A DNA stretch of 64,000 bases from Acidobacteriota bacterium (lineage in GTDB: Bacteria > Acidobacteriota > UBA890 > WLXD01), in assembly GCA_965205505.1 (NCBI GenBank), contig CBDBHB010000009.1, positions 2,880,001 through 2,944,000 of the forward strand, written 5' to 3'. Both the position numbers and the translations under genes were made by a program. Below the pieces are notes generated by a model that was given only the letters and a program-made list of their open reading frames with translations, was not told the DNA's origin and did not search any database. Shown piece by piece: positions 61,599 to 64,000 of the stretch (positions are counted from its first letter, which is position 1; every line of letters begins with the position of its first letter).

Positions 61599-62254
61599 CG
61601 CGCCGCCCGCGCCCGCACCACACGCAGGACGCGCTTCAGGCTCGTCGCCTCGTCCTCGCCGCCGGTGTCGATAACGGCCGCTCCGGGCGGGACTCGCAAC
61701 GGTGATGTTGAACGTTGCTCGTCGCGCCGATCGCGCTCGCGAACATCCTCGGCGACTTCGGCGGCGCTGACCCCGCTGAGCTGACGCGCGCGTCTCTGTA
61801 GGCGCTCCGCTTCTGGCGCCGTGATGAACAACTTGGCATCGGCATCGGGAAGCACCACGCTGCCGATATCGCGTCCCTCGAGGACCGCGCCGTGCTCGGC
61901 CTCGTCGCGCTGCCGCTGCAGCAACCAAGCACGCACTGCGGGAATCTGAGCCACCTCGGAAGCGCGCCGACCGATGCTCGGCGCTCGCAGCTCGTCGGTC
62001 ACGTCAATCCCCCCGACTCGAACCCGGAAGTTCTCGGGGTCTGCGGTCACCTGTAGGTCCAATCCGTCGAGCAGCGCCACGACCTCGTCGGAATCTACCG
62101 CGCCGGCCTGCATGGCTTTCCAAGCGACGGCGCGGTACATCGATCCGGTGTCGAGGTAGCGCAGGCCCAAGGCGCCCGCGAGGGCCCGTGCCAAGGTCGA
62201 CTTACCTGCCCCACTCGGCCCGTCGATGGCTATGCGTAGGCGACGATCGCTCAT
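61595..62254 (-). CDS. cmk: Cytidylate kinase
   Basis: 'IAIDGPSGAGKST', 'LDTGSMYRA', 'EGRDIGSVV'. Confidence 0.97.
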   Translation of the reverse strand: MSDRRLRIAIDGPSGAGKSTLARALAGALGLRYLDTGSMYRAVAWKAMQAGAVDSDEVVALLDGLDLQVTADPENFRVRVGGIDVTDELRAPSIGRRASEVAQIPAVRAWLLQRQRDEAEHGAVLEGRDIGSVVLPDADAKLFITAPEAERLQRRARQLSGVSAAEVAEDVRERDRRDEQRSTSPLRVPPGAAVIDTGGEDEATSLKRVLRVVRARAAR

Positions 62255-63000
62255 CGCGCCTCACGCGGCGTCTGCCGCAGGGCCAGCCGCTTCAAGACGG
62301 TCTCCTCACGCTTGCTTAGCCTTCGGTACGACGCGGGCTGCAGATCACCGAGCCTGACGGGGCCGATCCGCGTGCGAACCAGCTTCTCCACGCGGTGGCC
62401 GATATCGCCGAACATCCGTCGAATCTGGTTCTTCTTCCCCTCGTGAAGGATCACGCGGAACACGGATTCCTGTGGCGCGGATCCTGGCAAGGCCTCGATG
62501 GTGCACGGTAACAGATGGCGCCCACTCAGCCGCGCACCGGCGCGCAACTGAGCGAGGTCGGCTCCGGCCGGGACCCCACGGACGTGCACTCTATAGACTT
62601 TTTCCACCGCGCCGCCCGGTCGAGTCATGGCCTGCATGAGCTCCCCGTCGTTGGTCAACAGGATGAGCCCCTCGCTCTCGCGGTCGAGTCGGCCCGCCGG
62701 GTAGACTCGCTCTTCGATGTCGTTTCCCAGTAGATCGGTAACGACGCGCTCCGCATACGGGTCGCGAACCGAGCTCACCACCCCCCACGGCTTGTTGAGC
62801 GCCAGGTATACGCGCCGTGGACGTGGCAAGGGGCGGCCGTCAACGCGCACATCATCAAGGTCGACGTCGGCTTTGGCGCCGAGATCGGAGATCACGGCGC
62901 CATTTACCGTTACCCGACCGCTGACTATCATTCCCTCGGCCTTGCGGCGCGAAGTGAGCCCGGCGGCAGCGATGAGCTTCTGGAGTCGCGCCGAGGGCAT
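62251..63000 (-). CDS. rluB: 23S rRNA pseudouridine synthase (RluB/RsuA family)
   Basis: S4 domain 'RLQKLIA...SRRKAE', GRLD, 'EGKKNQIRRM'. Confidence 0.92.
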   Translation of the reverse strand: MPSARLQKLIAAAGLTSRRKAEGMIVSGRVTVNGAVISDLGAKADVDLDDVRVDGRPLPRPRRVYLALNKPWGVVSSVRDPYAERVVTDLLGNDIEERVYPAGRLDRESEGLILLTNDGELMQAMTRPGGAVEKVYRVHVRGVPAGADLAQLRAGARLSGRHLLPCTIEALPGSAPQESVFRVILHEGKKNQIRRMFGDIGHRVEKLVRTRIGPVRLGDLQPASYRRLSKREETVLKRLALRQTPREAR

Positions 63001-63012
63001 CGAAGAGGGCGC

Positions 63013-63585
63013 TCAGGCTTCGAGCAGCTCTTGGAACTCCTTCTCCGACGGCAGCTCCTTGAGGTCTCGGAGGCCGAAGAGCTCCAGAAAGCGATCTGTG
63101 GTGCCATACGTAAACGGACGCCCAACCGCTAGGCGCCGGCCAGTGATTCGCACCAGGCGCAGATCGCGCAGCCGCCGTAGGGCGGCCCCGGGGTCCTTGC
63201 CACGGATCGCGTGGATCTCGGCGAGTGTGGTGGGCTGGCGGTAGGCGACCACGGCCAGTGTTTCGAGCACGGGAAGCGATAGCTGAGTGGGCCGTTCGAC
63301 CTGTCGCAGCAGACGGATAGCCCCGTCGAAACGCGGGCGGGTACCGAGACGGTATCCTCGCGCGATCTCCACGACTTGTAATGCCGAGGCGGTGGCTCGA
63401 TAGCGCTCCTCGAGCTCCAGGCATGCCGAGCGCACCGTGTCCACGTCGAAGTCATCGTCCCCGGCCCGGTCACATGCCTCCGCGACGAGCTCCATCAACT
63501 TGTCTGCCGATACCGGCTCATCGGCGGCATAGAGCACGGCTTCGATGGTGCCGATCAGCGCATCGGAACCCGGGGACGCGGTCAT
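63013..63585 (-). CDS. scpB: SMC segregation/condensation protein B
   Basis: 'IEAVLYA', 'LETLAVVAYRQP', 'GRP..YGTT..FLE.FGL..L.ELP'. Confidence 0.95.
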   Translation of the reverse strand: MTASPGSDALIGTIEAVLYAADEPVSADKLMELVAEACDRAGDDDFDVDTVRSACLELEERYRATASALQVVEIARGYRLGTRPRFDGAIRLLRQVERPTQLSLPVLETLAVVAYRQPTTLAEIHAIRGKDPGAALRRLRDLRLVRITGRRLAVGRPFTYGTTDRFLELFGLRDLKELPSEKEFQELLEA

Positions 63586-64000
63586 GCGGTCGTCTCGTTC
63601 GGGCTTACGTCGTCGTCAGCGTCAGCGGAAAAGACCAGGATCGTGCCCAGCGGTCCGTCCTGGAACGCGCGCACCGCAGATCCGCGGATCAGGTCCAGTA
63701 GTGCCAGGAAGGTCGCGATCAGCTTGCCGCGCGGTGCGCCTGACTCGAAGAGCTCTAGGAACGGTATGGGCATGCCGGCGGCGAGCTTGGCATGGATCTC
63801 GGCGGAACATTCGGCCACGGAGAACTTCTCACGTGCAACCTCGAAGCTGGCGGGCTCCGCTAAGCCAGCCACGACATTGCGGAACGCCGTCACCAGAGTG
63901 AACAGGTCGGCCTCGACGATCTCAGTGTCGCTGGCCTCGATGCCGGCGGGACTGACCTCGCCTCGGAACCACACCGCCGCGGCTTGGCTCTCGCGGTGAC
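63582..64000 (-). CDS. scpA: SMC segregation/condensation protein A (3' part, runs off the window)
   Basis: 'IATFLALLDL...Q..P.G.I' C-terminal motif; upstream of scpB. Confidence 0.9.
   Translation of the reverse strand, partial: HRESQAAAVWFRGEVSPAGIEASDTEIVEADLFTLVTAFRNVVAGLAEPASFEVAREKFSVAECSAEIHAKLAAGMPIPFLELFESGAPRGKLIATFLALLDLIRGSAVRAFQDGPLGTILVFSADADDDVSPNETTA

Overview
GC-rich bacterial core-genome window. It is most consistent with an Acidobacteriota-like diderm (inference from the fused lptF-lptG gene and the lolCDE-clpC-bamA-lpx order). It is dominated by housekeeping genes: rho, etfBA, rnz, lptFG, metK, murJ-dtd-xerD-cca, rpsT, ruvX-mltG-ribH-nusB-leuS-lptE-holA, lpx/bamA/clpC/lolCDE, lysS, fab/plsX, trxA, rpsA-cmk-rluB-scpBA. 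The most interesting signal is non-coding. (1) A family of about 280-bp CTAG-flanked, non-autonomous inverted-repeat elements is built from two head-to-head hairpin modules with a fixed-geometry core, CAAGGCG-N10/11-GCGATG-loop-CATCG-N10/11-CAACGCC; it includes a nested composite and several collapsed remnants. (2) An IS1111-type IS110 element (1363-2767) sits exactly in the terminus of one such repeat, and its non-coding right end contains a bridge/seekRNA-like loop whose guide segments spell that repeat terminus. Other oddities are a LexA homolog lacking its autocleavage residues, an AT-rich and probably replaced 3' end of lysS, an orphan AbiEi-like antitoxin, and a probably non-catalytic acyl-CoA dehydrogenase partner. 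No rRNA, tRNA or CRISPR array was recognised.
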